Source: a bacterium
GTDB lineage: Bacteria > UBA8248
Length of the DNA: 64,000 nucleotides
Reading direction: 5' to 3'
Assembly: GCA_965203325.1 (NCBI GenBank)
Contig: OZ241875.1
Coordinates: 352,001-416,000, forward strand
The notes beneath the pieces are model-generated. The model ran no database searches, was not told the DNA's origin, and saw nothing but the letters and a program-made list of their open reading frames with translations. Positions 1 to 9,808 of this stretch are shown here, in pieces. The translations under genes were made by a program, and so were the position numbers. The number at the start of each line of letters is the position of its first letter. Position 1 is the first letter of the stretch.

Positions 1-615
1 AAATCCATCAACGAAGGCGGAGGCGCGGCTCACTGCGCCGTCGTCGACCTGACCGACTGGGAGGCGACTGAAACAGCAGTCAACGAGGCGCACCACCGGG
101 CTGGCAGTATTGACGTTCTCGTACACAGCGCGGGCGGATTTCCGCAATACGTGAGCCTGCTCGATTGCCCCGTGGACGCCTGGGACAGTGTGGTGAACTC
201 GAACCTGAAATCGATGTTCTATCTCCTGAAGGCCGCGGCTCCCCTGATGGTTGAAGCCAACTACGGACGCTTCGTTACCCTTTCGAGCATGGCCGCGCGC
301 AGCGGCGTGAATCCCAATCCGCCGCATTACACCGCCGCCAAGGCGGGCGTGCTCGGCCTTACCCGCCAGGCGGCGCGCGAACTCGGGCCGTACGGCATCA
401 CGGTGAACGCCGTGGCCCCGGCCAACGTGCAAACGCCGAGAGGGCTCAAAATCAGGACGCCCGAGCGCATCGCCCACATCGAGAAATCATCGCCCTTGGG
501 CAGACTCTCCGAATCCCACGAAATCGCGGAAGCCGTCATTTTCCTCTGCAGCAAGGAGGCCGGTTACATCACCGGCGTCACGCTCGACGTGAACGGCGGC
601 GCGACGATGGTGTGA
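1..615 (+). CDS. Short-chain dehydrogenase/reductase (FabG-like), 5'-truncated by window edge
   Basis: Frame 1 is open from base 1 (KSINEGG...IDVLVHSAGG). It has the YTAAK catalytic motif, GITVNAVAP and the C-terminal ITGVTLDVNGG. Confidence 0.9.
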   Translation, partial: KSINEGGGAAHCAVVDLTDWEATETAVNEAHHRAGSIDVLVHSAGGFPQYVSLLDCPVDAWDSVVNSNLKSMFYLLKAAAPLMVEANYGRFVTLSSMAARSGVNPNPPHYTAAKAGVLGLTRQAARELGPYGITVNAVAPANVQTPRGLKIRTPERIAHIEKSSPLGRLSESHEIAEAVIFLCSKEAGYITGVTLDVNGGATMV

Positions 616-617
616 GC

Positions 618-1175
618 CTATGGAATGATGCAGGAACTGGGTGTGAAGAGGCCATGCTTTGTTCTTGGGCAGTGCTCCCACCGTAAACGCTCTTGTTCAG
701 CTTCGAACTCCCTTCGTTTTCGTTCCTGTTCCTTTCGCTTCCGTTTCCTCTCCAGTCTCGCCTCACGTCTCGCCTTGCGCCTCTCCTCACGCCGCCTCTC
801 CTTCTCCAGTCGATGCTTCAGATCGGCATCAAGAACGGAAACGGCAGATTCCATTTTCTTGACTTGCTTTTTCAGTCCGAACACTTCTGATTTGAGCGTC
901 TTGTTTTCCTGCCTCAATTTTCTAACTTCTTCCAGCAGTTCGCAAACCTCGTATTTCGACCCCGGCTGTGAGCAGAGCATTTTAAGCGCATAAAAATGCG
1001 GTACGTAGCCCTTAAAAGCATCCCTGTGGAAGGGGATTTCCCACTTCGGGGCCGGCTTATACGCAATTTTTTTCTGGCCGCCAGAAACCCAACTATGGAC
1101 GACGCCAGCGGTTCCTACAGCGAACCCGAGCACGAATATCGCAAAGATAATCGACAACTTCATCAAATTTCTCAT
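618..1175 (-). CDS. Hypothetical exported/membrane-anchored coiled-coil protein
   Basis: 185-aa ORF with an RBS-like AGAGGAG upstream, an N-terminal hydrophobic signal/TM, a heptad coiled coil and an E/R/K-rich helix. Lower GC than the flanks. Confidence 0.65.
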   Translation of the reverse strand: MRNLMKLSIIFAIFVLGFAVGTAGVVHSWVSGGQKKIAYKPAPKWEIPFHRDAFKGYVPHFYALKMLCSQPGSKYEVCELLEEVRKLRQENKTLKSEVFGLKKQVKKMESAVSVLDADLKHRLEKERRREERRKARREARLERKRKRKEQERKRREFEAEQERLRWEHCPRTKHGLFTPSSCIIP

Positions 1176-1394
1176 CGTCTGCTTGCTCCTCTTTGGCTAA
1201 AGGCAGTTGAGAGAACAATTTTCAAGTGTGACAAAATCTAAGTTTAGTCATATCTAAATTAAAAGTCAATCATGTCAAATTATCTGGCTGGAGTAGGCGA
1301 GAACGCAAGTACTCTATATAATTTAGGACGGCATCAAGTTCCGAGGAGGGAGTCTTCCACGCTAACTGCTCTATAGGTCTTGGGAAATAACTCT

Positions 1395-2294
1395 CTAGGC
1401 GTTTTGGAGGGCATGCTTCACCAGGGAGACTACCTCGGAGAACCGTTCGGCGACGAAGACCTCCGCCTCGCGCAGGAGCCTTTTCTTTCCCGAGGGCGCG
1501 CCGCGGCCACGTTCTATGAGCGCGCCCGTGTGGCTCACGCTCGCGGGCGTGGGCGAGGTTTCCCAGAATTCACCGGGAATCATCGCCACAACGGGTTTCG
1601 TGAACCCGCCGGACGCAATGAAGCGCGCCGCCTCCTCTTCCCTGTCCGTGCCGGGTTCACCGAACATGACGACGACGCGCGTCTCGGGGTCTTGCTCGAA
1701 CAGGGCGAGCATCTCGACGAAGGCGGAGCCGATGAGCAAATCCCCTCCCAGGGCCACGTAGGTGCTCTGGCCGATGCCCGCCCGCGTCAGAAACAGGCAT
1801 ATCTCCGCTCCCATCCCTCCGCTTCTGCTCACCACGCCCACGGGGCCGGGGCGGAACATGAGGTCAGGCACCTCGCCCCCTGTGCCGCCGAGTTTCGCCT
1901 TCCCCGGACTCACCATCCCCTGGCTGTTGGGGCCGATGACGAAGGTGCCCATCTGCGCCGCGCGCGTGAGCAGCGCGCAGGCGTCGTGGTGCGGCACGCC
2001 CTCCGCGAGAATGTGCACGGTGGGAATCCCCGCCTCGATGGCCTCCAGGGCCGCCTCGCGTACGAAGCGCGCGGGCACGAAGAGCACGGAGAGATCGATT
2101 TCATGGTCGCGCAAAGCGTCGGCTACGGTTCCGTATACGGGCACGCCGCCGACCGACTCGCCCCCTTTTCCAGGAGATACGCCCGCCACCACGCGGGTGC
2201 CGTAGTCCGTCATGGTGGGCAGAAGACGCCTCGCCTCGGCCCCCGTAGCGCCCTGCACGAGCACGCGGGTATCCGAATCCAGCAGAATGCTCAT
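1395..2294 (-). CDS. SucD-like (alpha) subunit of an ADP-forming acyl-CoA ligase
   Basis: MSILLDSDTRVLVQGATG, GVSPGKGG, IGPNSQG, VVSRSGG, GEPG. The phospho-His loop is SVSHTGA (canonical MGHAGA). Confidence 0.9.
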   Translation of the reverse strand: MSILLDSDTRVLVQGATGAEARRLLPTMTDYGTRVVAGVSPGKGGESVGGVPVYGTVADALRDHEIDLSVLFVPARFVREAALEAIEAGIPTVHILAEGVPHHDACALLTRAAQMGTFVIGPNSQGMVSPGKAKLGGTGGEVPDLMFRPGPVGVVSRSGGMGAEICLFLTRAGIGQSTYVALGGDLLIGSAFVEMLALFEQDPETRVVVMFGEPGTDREEEAARFIASGGFTKPVVAMIPGEFWETSPTPASVSHTGALIERGRGAPSGKKRLLREAEVFVAERFSEVVSLVKHALQNA

Positions 2295-3517
2295 CTCTCA
2301 TCCCGCCCGTAAGCGCGCGCCACGATTCGCCGGGCCAGGTCTTCTATCGACGCCTCATCCTCATGCCATTCCACGCCCGGCACCTCGGCGATGAGCCGTC
2401 TCGCTTCCTCCACCCCCGGACCGGCGTAGCGGATAATGACGGGGAACTTTTCGAAATCAAGCCTCGCTTCCTTGAGCGCGCGAACCACGCCTGCGACTTT
2501 AATATCCACCCGCGTGAAATTACTCACGTTCCCCGCCAGGAGCAGCCCCTTGATGCCCGGTTTCGATAGCACTGCCTTCACCGCGCGGCGCATCTTCTCC
2601 TCGTAGCGCCCGGGCGTGATGTCGAACGTGGTGGCCGGCCTGCCGCCCTCGTCCAGAAGCGCTTCGAGGCTCGAGAGACCATACCCTCCGCCGGTGACCA
2701 TGAAGCCGATGTCGCCATCCATTTCACTGAACCGAATCGCGCCCACGTGGGGGTCGACCGCGTCTATCTCGCGCATGCGCATCTCGAGTTCGGTGAAAGG
2801 CCGCCAGCCGTTTCCGCCCTCCACGCCCAGCTTGGCTTCAAGCTCCGGATGGCGGAAGAGCGCCTGCGCATCGAGCTGCACCACGCCCGCCGCCGCCACC
2901 ACCCGGCCGTCGGCCAACTCCGCCAGAGGGTTCACCTCTATCATCTCGCAGTCATGGGCGCAGAAGACCCCGTACATCGCGCACGCGGCGCGGGCGACCT
3001 GCTCCGCCAGATCGCCCGAAAGACCCGCGCGACCCACAAGTTCGAGAGCGTCTTCAATAGCAAGCCCCTCCAAAATGTTCACGGGCCACTCGATGAGTTT
3101 GTCGGGATGGTTTTCGGCCAGTTCCTCCACGTCCACGCCGCCCTCGGCGCTGAAGAGGATGAGCGGGCATTTTCTCGGCGCATCGAAGGAGATAGAGCAG
3201 AAAATCTCGCGCTCTATCTCAAGCGCTTCCATGACGATGAGTTTCTTGACGGGAAAGCGCCGCACTTCCATGCCGAGAATGGCCTCTGCGCCCGCGCGGG
3301 CCTCTAACGCATTCGCGGCGAACTTCACCGCGCCCGCTCTTCCGCGCTTGCCCACCGGCACGAGCGCCTTGATGACGGCGCGTCCGCCCAGGCGTTCGGT
3401 GGCGCGGGCGGCTTCATCTGCGTCCGTGCAGACCTCGAAGCAGGGAACGGGGAGACCGCCTTCGGCCAGAAGCGTCAGGGAGTCGTTTTCCAGAAGGCGG
3501 GACAAGAGGGTCTCCAC
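2291..3517 (-). CDS. SucC-like (beta, ATP-grasp) subunit of an ADP-forming acyl-CoA ligase
   Basis: VIKALVPVGKRGRAGAVK, EGGVDVEE, IEVNPL, GDIGFMVTGGG. Overlaps the alpha gene by 4 nt (ATGA). Exact start uncertain. Confidence 0.9.
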   Translation of the reverse strand: METLLSRLLENDSLTLLAEGGLPVPCFEVCTDADEAARATERLGGRAVIKALVPVGKRGRAGAVKFAANALEARAGAEAILGMEVRRFPVKKLIVMEALEIEREIFCSISFDAPRKCPLILFSAEGGVDVEELAENHPDKLIEWPVNILEGLAIEDALELVGRAGLSGDLAEQVARAACAMYGVFCAHDCEMIEVNPLAELADGRVVAAAGVVQLDAQALFRHPELEAKLGVEGGNGWRPFTELEMRMREIDAVDPHVGAIRFSEMDGDIGFMVTGGGYGLSSLEALLDEGGRPATTFDITPGRYEEKMRRAVKAVLSKPGIKGLLLAGNVSNFTRVDIKVAGVVRALKEARLDFEKFPVIIRYAGPGVEEARRLIAEVPGVEWHEDEASIEDLARRIVARAYGRDER

Positions 3518-3714
3518 TCAGAATACGTTCGGCGCGTTATCGCGAGAAAACCTGAAAGATGCGCACTAGCTAGCACTTGGGCCTTCGGGCGTCAAGATTT
3601 ACGGGGAAAATGCGCGTATTCGCCCGAGCGCCGCTTGCGAAAGTATATTGATGAGATAGAATCATCCCAACGAGCAAAACCCATTTTTCTTCGATTTCCT
3701 ACGGAGGAGAGTCT

Positions 3715-4713
3715 ATGCGTATTCACAAGAGATTGATCGCAGCAATTGGCGTCTTTGCAGCCGCGGCTTTCGCCGCATCTGTTGCGAGCGCCGCCACCAC
3801 CAACATCACCATCGTCGGCGCGGGCAAGGGCGCGGGCGCGTTCCGCATGGCGGCGGGCCTCGCCGAGGCGGTGAACAAGACGAGCAAGACCGTCAACGTC
3901 ACCAACCGCGAGTCCAAGGGCTTCGTCGCCAACACGCGCCTCGTCGCCAGCGGCCGCTCCGAGATCGGGATGACGAACGGGATCTTCGTCGACTTCATCC
4001 AGCGCAAGCAGAAGCCCTTCCACAAGGGCAAGGCGATGATGACCATCCGGGGCATCGGCCCGGTATCGACCTCCTGGTTCCAGGTGACGACGTTCCACAA
4101 GACCGGCATCAAGTCCTACCACGATCTCGCCGGCAAGCGGGTGAACATGGGTCCGAGAGGAAGCTCCACCCTGTTCATGATGAAGTTCATCACCGACAAC
4201 CTAGGCATCACCGACAAGATCCGCAAGGACTACATGGGCTGGGCGCAAGCCGCCACCAACATGATCGACGGCAAGCTCGACGCTTTCGGCATCCCGAACC
4301 CGGTGCCCTCGCCCTCGATCCTGCGCGCCTCGCGCAGCGGCCCGCTCCGCATCCTGAGCATCCCCGACGAGGTGCGTGATAAGTTCGTCGCCCTGAGCTC
4401 GGGCTACTACAAGGACAACAAGGACGCCAGCCCCTACCAGGGGATGAAGGGCAAGAAGTTCAAGACGGTCGCCTACACCATCTTCGCGGTGGCGAACGAG
4501 AAGGTGCCCAACGACGTGATTCACGAGGTGACGCGGCGGGTGTACGACAAGGCGAACCGCGACTTCCTGATCAACGTCTTCAAGGGCTGGAAGATCGGGC
4601 TGGACTTCGCCGCCAAGTCGGATGAGTTCATCAAGCAGATGGGCAACTTCAACATGAAGCTCCACCCCGGCGCCGCGCGCTACTGGAAGGCGAAGGGTTA
4701 CAACACCAACTAG
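3715..4713 (+). CDS. TAXI-family TRAP transporter solute-binding protein
   Basis: Signal peptide, ESKGFVAN, DLAGKRVNMGPRGSS and C-terminal LHPGAARYWK. GGAGGAG RBS. Confidence 0.92.
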   Translation: MRIHKRLIAAIGVFAAAAFAASVASAATTNITIVGAGKGAGAFRMAAGLAEAVNKTSKTVNVTNRESKGFVANTRLVASGRSEIGMTNGIFVDFIQRKQKPFHKGKAMMTIRGIGPVSTSWFQVTTFHKTGIKSYHDLAGKRVNMGPRGSSTLFMMKFITDNLGITDKIRKDYMGWAQAATNMIDGKLDAFGIPNPVPSPSILRASRSGPLRILSIPDEVRDKFVALSSGYYKDNKDASPYQGMKGKKFKTVAYTIFAVANEKVPNDVIHEVTRRVYDKANRDFLINVFKGWKIGLDFAAKSDEFIKQMGNFNMKLHPGAARYWKAKGYNTN

Positions 4714-4720
4714 ACGATTC

Positions 4721-4760
4721 CCGGCTCCCCCGGAGGGCGGTGGCGCCTTCCGGGGGCCGG
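4721..4760 (+). terminator. Strong intergenic GC hairpin between the TAXI SBP and permease genes (partial terminator/mRNA stabiliser)
   Basis: ccggctcccccggagggcg-gtgg-cgccttccgggggccgg; no U-tract. Confidence 0.55.
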
Positions 4761-4800
4761 TGAAGCGCCTGTCATCGGCCTCGGGTGAGAAAGGGCGGCG

Positions 4801-7407
4801 ATGAGGAAGGTTTTCGATTCTCTCTGGGAGTGGATGCGGTTCATCTTCGCCCCGGAGTCGGCCACCCGCAGGGATATCGAACCCGGCTTCCAGAAACAAA
4901 ACCTGCCCGTCTTCGTGTTCCTTACCGTTCTCCTTCTCGTCTACATCGTTTTCTTCGCCGGAAGAACGTACAACCTCTACCTCCCCTACGAGATCGCCTG
5001 GGACTGGCAGGAGGTCGAATTCCCGGCTCTCGATGCCTGGCTATACGCCCTCATCTGGCTCTACGTCTCGGGCCTGTGCATCTTCCCGAGGGCGGCGATT
5101 CTGCTTTCATCGTTCGCGTTCGCCGCCTATTTTCTCTACGGCGCGGCGAACAAGGCGCCCGTGGATTTAGGCCTCGGCTTCGGCGAGGTCATCGTCTACG
5201 CCCTCTCCCCGCTCCTCACGGAGGGGATGGAGAAATCCCTCTCGGCGATTTGGGAAACGCTCTACTTCCCGGGGCTGGCCATCTATGCGTTTCATTTCTA
5301 TCTGCCCCTGTACGTGATCTTCACCGCCATCCTGACGTTCGTCTTCTACCCGGCGCGCGCGGGCGCACCGATGAGACGGCCCTCCGCCGTGGACCTCCTG
5401 CTGTGCGCGGGCGTGGTCGTGTTCACGGTGGAATACATCATGAACTTCGCCGACCGGGGCGACCGCGCGGGCCTTGTCCTCTGGACGGACGTCGCCATGG
5501 GAACCATCGCCGTCATCGTTTCAATCGAAATGTGCCGCCGGGTGCTGGGTTGGGTGCTACCGCTGCTGGGACTCTTTTTCTTCTACTACGCCATGTACGG
5601 CAACTATTTCCCCGGACGGCTCCTGCACAAGGGGTTTTCCTACAACGAGGTCGTGAACTTCATCTACGGCACTTCGGGCATCTTCGGCGTCATCGCGAAC
5701 GTCTATGCGAGCTACGTGTTCCTGTTCATCCTCTTCGGCGTCTTTCTGGAAAAGACGAAGGTCGGCGACGTGTTCATCGATCTCTCCTACGCCCTGGTGG
5801 GCCGCCTGCGCGGAGGAGCGGCCAAGGCCTCGGTCGTATCGAGCGGCATGGTGGGTTCGGTGGTGGGAAGCGGGGCTGCGAACATCGTCATCACGGGCAC
5901 CTTCACGATCCCGCTCATGAAGCGCGCGGGCTACAAGGCCCACTACGCGGGAGCCGTGGAGGCGGTCTCCTCGATCGGCGGCCACCTGCTGCCGCCCATC
6001 ATGGGTTCGGCGGCCTTCCTCGTGGCGGCGTTCACCGAGACCGACTACGGGTGGATAGCGCTCATATCGCTCGTGCCCGCGCTGATGTACTACTTCTCGG
6101 TCTACATGTCGGTGCACTTCCGCTCGGGGCTGGACGGCATCCACGGCCTCTCGAAAGAGGAACTGCCCGAACTACTGCCCCTGCTCAAAAAAGAGGGCTA
6201 CCTGCTGCTCCCGGTGTTGCTGCTCATCTTCCGCCTCATCATCGGGCGCTCGCCTTTCGACGCGGCGCTCTGGTCCATCGTCCTGGCGATGGTTCTGGGA
6301 TTTTTCCGTGAGGACACCCGCCTGCTGGCCTTGCCGCCGGTTCTCGCGCGCCTGGTGGGACGGCCCGGATGGAGCACACGCAACGACAGGCTCGAATACC
6401 AGGCCGCAGCGCACCACAAGAAACTCATGGAATCGGGGAAAAGCCTGGAAGATGCGGATGCCGAGGCGGAAGTTTATCTCGAAGCGGCCAAGACCGAACC
6501 GCCCGGAAACCCACTCATGGAGAACTGGCCCCTGCTCGCCGGAGTGGGCCTGCTTATCGTGCTTCCGGTGGCGGGGCATACCTTCCCTGAGGCGATCTTC
6601 TGGTCGGCGCTCGCGGCGATTGTGCTCTCCTCCCCGCGCGTTCTGGACGGGCTGGAGCGAGGCGCCGTCAACTCGCTGATCATCGGCGTGACAGCAGGCG
6701 TGATGGGCATCGTGCTCGCAGGCGTGTCGATGCCCGGCCTCGGCATCAAATTCTCCTCGATCATCCTGGGCTACGCCGCCATCATCGACAACGCATTCGG
6801 CATCACGGGAACGACGCTGCCAGTGGCGATTCTGCTCTGCGCCATCGCCAGCTACATCATGGGGATGGGTATGACGATCACGGCGAGCTACGTGCTGCTC
6901 TCGATCCTCGCCGTGCCCGCGCTCGTGGAGTTGGGCGTTCCGCTTCTGAGCGCGCACCTGATGATCCTGTGGCTGAGCCAGGACGCCTCGCTCACGCCGC
7001 CCTTCGCGCTGGGCGCGTTCATCGCGGCGGGCGTGGCGCGCGCGGACCCGATGCGCACCGGCTTCGCCTCGCTCAAACTCGGCAAGGCGCTCTACATCGT
7101 CCCCTTCCTGATGGCCTACACCCCGATCAACATCACGGCGGGCGCCGCATGGTTCGACATCATCATCGTCTGGGTGACCGGCTTCATGGGCTTTTTCTGC
7201 ACCTCGGCGTCGCTTGAAGGCTACATGCGCAGAAAGCTCGAAATCTGGGAGCGCGTCGTCTTCGCCGTGGCGGGCGGTCTGCTGTTCTTCTACGTGCCGT
7301 GGATGAAGATAACGGGCACCGTCATCATGGCCGTCATGATCGCCATCCAGTTCATGAGCGCGAAGGACGAAGGCGCAGCCTCACAAAGCCCTGCGGCGTC
7401 TTCGTAA
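4801..7407 (+). CDS. TRAP transporter fused permease (4TM/12TM, DctQM-like)
   Basis: Many TM helices; GGAAKASVVSSGMVGSVVGSGAANIVITGTFTIPLMKRAGY, PPIMGSAAF, GMGMTITASY, TPPFALGAF. Confidence 0.93.
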   Translation: MRKVFDSLWEWMRFIFAPESATRRDIEPGFQKQNLPVFVFLTVLLLVYIVFFAGRTYNLYLPYEIAWDWQEVEFPALDAWLYALIWLYVSGLCIFPRAAILLSSFAFAAYFLYGAANKAPVDLGLGFGEVIVYALSPLLTEGMEKSLSAIWETLYFPGLAIYAFHFYLPLYVIFTAILTFVFYPARAGAPMRRPSAVDLLLCAGVVVFTVEYIMNFADRGDRAGLVLWTDVAMGTIAVIVSIEMCRRVLGWVLPLLGLFFFYYAMYGNYFPGRLLHKGFSYNEVVNFIYGTSGIFGVIANVYASYVFLFILFGVFLEKTKVGDVFIDLSYALVGRLRGGAAKASVVSSGMVGSVVGSGAANIVITGTFTIPLMKRAGYKAHYAGAVEAVSSIGGHLLPPIMGSAAFLVAAFTETDYGWIALISLVPALMYYFSVYMSVHFRSGLDGIHGLSKEELPELLPLLKKEGYLLLPVLLLIFRLIIGRSPFDAALWSIVLAMVLGFFREDTRLLALPPVLARLVGRPGWSTRNDRLEYQAAAHHKKLMESGKSLEDADAEAEVYLEAAKTEPPGNPLMENWPLLAGVGLLIVLPVAGHTFPEAIFWSALAAIVLSSPRVLDGLERGAVNSLIIGVTAGVMGIVLAGVSMPGLGIKFSSIILGYAAIIDNAFGITGTTLPVAILLCAIASYIMGMGMTITASYVLLSILAVPALVELGVPLLSAHLMILWLSQDASLTPPFALGAFIAAGVARADPMRTGFASLKLGKALYIVPFLMAYTPINITAGAAWFDIIIVWVTGFMGFFCTSASLEGYMRRKLEIWERVVFAVAGGLLFFYVPWMKITGTVIMAVMIAIQFMSAKDEGAASQSPAASS

Positions 7408-7457
7408 TACCTGAGTTTCTAAAACCCATCTAAGAGATCGTGTTTTTTATAGTCGGA

Positions 7458-8396
7458 TTAAGCTGGTAAGGAGCGCGCGAGACACGCCTTGAGCGCGCCG
7501 CCGCAGTAGGAGCGGGCGAAATCCTCCCCGTGCGCGGCGCTCAGACGCTCGGCAAAGTCCCCTATCCCCCAGATTCCGCGGAACTCATCGAAAAGCCGCG
7601 TGCCGTCGGGAGCGGGCCGGTTGATACCCGCAAAGTCGCTGCCGAGGGCCACCTGGTGGGCGGCGATTTCGGCCAGAAACTCGATTTCCTCCAGATGGCG
7701 CTCGAACGTCTCGTAGAACCCCGGGTGCGGCGCCAAGCCGATGAGCGCGCCTGTCTCGAAAAGCCTCCTGGCCATATCGCGCGGAAGCCCCCGCTCGCCG
7801 AAGACGGGCAGCAGCGGCTCGTCCAGATGCCCGTGGGAGTAGTGCATTTCCTGCCCCGTGACGAGGGCCAGATCGATCATGTCCGATTTCGTGCGGTGGT
7901 TCGCGTGCGCGCAATCCACCATGAAACCCGTCCGCCAGGCCTGCATCAAGAAAGCGCGGCCCAGGTCGGTCAGGCCGCGCACGGGGTCTCCCATCGCCCC
8001 GCCGCCAAGAGGGTTGTCGTCGTTGTACATGGGGCCGACGCTGCGCACGCCCTCCTCCCAAAGCCATTCGAGGAGCTTCAGGTCGTCTTCGGTTTCGATG
8101 AAATAGATGCCTTCCGCGTGGATCAACTGCCTGCCCACACCGTCTAAATCCGCTCGCGTGAGAACGATGCTCAGGCCCTCCGCCGAACGGATCCGCTCCA
8201 GGTCGCGCCTTACCAGATCGAATTGCGCGTCCTGCGGCGCGCCTTCCAGACGCTCCAGAGCCGAGAACACCCCGCCCAGCTTCGCTGCTGTCACGATGTC
8301 TATCTGCTCCGCCAGATAGGCGCGCTCATCGGGCAGATCGACCATCCAGCGCAGGTCGGTGTGAAAATCCCAAACATCCTTGAACTCTATCGGCAT
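7458..8396 (-). CDS. Membrane dipeptidase (M19)-like amidohydrolase
   Basis: N-terminal DFHTD (HxD), GLTDLGR, MVDCAH, YSH, VALGSDFAG. Confidence 0.8.
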   Translation of the reverse strand: MPIEFKDVWDFHTDLRWMVDLPDERAYLAEQIDIVTAAKLGGVFSALERLEGAPQDAQFDLVRRDLERIRSAEGLSIVLTRADLDGVGRQLIHAEGIYFIETEDDLKLLEWLWEEGVRSVGPMYNDDNPLGGGAMGDPVRGLTDLGRAFLMQAWRTGFMVDCAHANHRTKSDMIDLALVTGQEMHYSHGHLDEPLLPVFGERGLPRDMARRLFETGALIGLAPHPGFYETFERHLEEIEFLAEIAAHQVALGSDFAGINRPAPDGTRLFDEFRGIWGIGDFAERLSAAHGEDFARSYCGGALKACLARSLPA

Positions 8397-8535
8397 CCGT
8401 ATTTTCTCCAGATATCAGCGTCAGATAATTCTCTCGACGAAAACGCCATCATAACACGCGAAAACAGGGGTTCGCCTTTGCGCTGCGCCGCAAGCTCGCA
8501 TAGTCTGTCGGCTTTGTTTTCAGGGAGGACGTTCC

Positions 8536-9324
8536 ATGTCGACAACGAAACCTTTGGTGCTTGTCGAGCGCAACGGCCCGCTCGCCACGCTCACGCTCAA
8601 CCGCCCCGAGAAGCGAAACGCCATGAACACGCAGATGACCCGCGAGGCGAAATCGGCGATTGCGGGGCTTTCGGGGGCGGATGATCTGCGCGTTCTGATC
8701 ATCGAGGGCGCGGGCAGCGTCTTCTCCGCCGGGGCCGACGTGGTCGAGATGAGCGCGCTCACCGAAGACAACGCGCGCGACTTCATCTCGAATCTCCACT
8801 CCCTCATCCGCAGCGTGCGCGAGTTCCCGCATCCTGTGGTCTGCAAGTGCCGGGGCTACGTTCTGGGTGGCGCTCTGGAGTTGATGCTCGGCTGCGACCT
8901 CCGCGTCGCGGCGGACGATACGAAGTTCGGCATGCCCGAGGTGCGGGTCGGGGTGCCCTCCGTCATCGAGGCCGCGCTGTTCGTGCCATTCTGCGGCCTG
9001 GGCACAGCACAGGACTTGCTCCTGACGGGCAGAACATTCGACGCCCGGGAGGCCCATCGAATGGGAATCGTTCAGCGGATATGCCCGCAATCCGAACTGG
9101 AAGAAACAACGCACGAAGCCGTCGCGGATCTTCTCCAGGCCGCTCCCGGCGCGCTCAGCGCCCAGAAGACGCTTTTGAAGCGATGGATGCAGGCCTATCT
9201 GGAAGCCGCGGTTCCTCCTTCCATCGACGCCTTCGAGGCCTCTTTCCAGAGCGGAGAGCCGCAGGAAGGCATGGCCGCCGCTCACGAGAAGCGTCCCCCC
9301 TACTGGGCGCCCGGAGAGAAATGA
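8536..9324 (+). CDS. Enoyl-CoA hydratase/isomerase (crotonase family)
   Basis: LTLNRPEKRNAM, FSAGAD, GGALELMLGCD and GMPEVRVG (both catalytic Glu present). Confidence 0.93.
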   Translation: MSTTKPLVLVERNGPLATLTLNRPEKRNAMNTQMTREAKSAIAGLSGADDLRVLIIEGAGSVFSAGADVVEMSALTEDNARDFISNLHSLIRSVREFPHPVVCKCRGYVLGGALELMLGCDLRVAADDTKFGMPEVRVGVPSVIEAALFVPFCGLGTAQDLLLTGRTFDAREAHRMGIVQRICPQSELEETTHEAVADLLQAAPGALSAQKTLLKRWMQAYLEAAVPPSIDAFEASFQSGEPQEGMAAAHEKRPPYWAPGEK

Positions 9325-9409
9325 AACAGCGCATCCCTTTGCGGTGGCGTTCGCCGTTTCTGTGTGGCATCTTCACTCATCCCGCTGCAAAGATGAAAAA
9401 GGAACAAAA

Positions 9410-9739
9410 GTGACGGAAGACGAGATATTGATCGAACGCATCCGCCCGATTCTCAGGCGCCGCAAGGGGTTTTCAGAAAAACGGATGTTTAGCGGCGTGT
9501 GCTTCATGATCAACGGCAATATGTGCGCCGGAACCTGGAAGGGCGCGCTCATCGTGCGTCTCGCCAGGGAAAACCACGAGGCGACGCTTGCCGAACCGCA
9601 TACCAAGCCGGCCGATATGGCGGGCCGGGTGATGAAGGGTTGGGCGCTGGTCGAACCGGCGGGGATTTCGACCGAAGACGATCTGAAAGCGTGGGTGCGG
9701 CGGGCGGCGAAGTTCGCAGGCTCGCTCCCGCCCAAGTGA
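9410..9739 (+). CDS. TfoX/Sxy N-terminal domain protein
   Basis: EKRMFSGVCFMINGNM...MKGW..V...LKAWV..A..FA.SLPPK. GTG start after AAGGA. Confidence 0.85.
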   Translation: MTEDEILIERIRPILRRRKGFSEKRMFSGVCFMINGNMCAGTWKGALIVRLARENHEATLAEPHTKPADMAGRVMKGWALVEPAGISTEDDLKAWVRRAAKFAGSLPPK

Positions 9740-9808
9740 GGTCATCGCAAAACGCCTTCTGCGCAACCGCTTTATGGCGCGTGGATTTACTCACTCGAAG
9801 GATGAACG

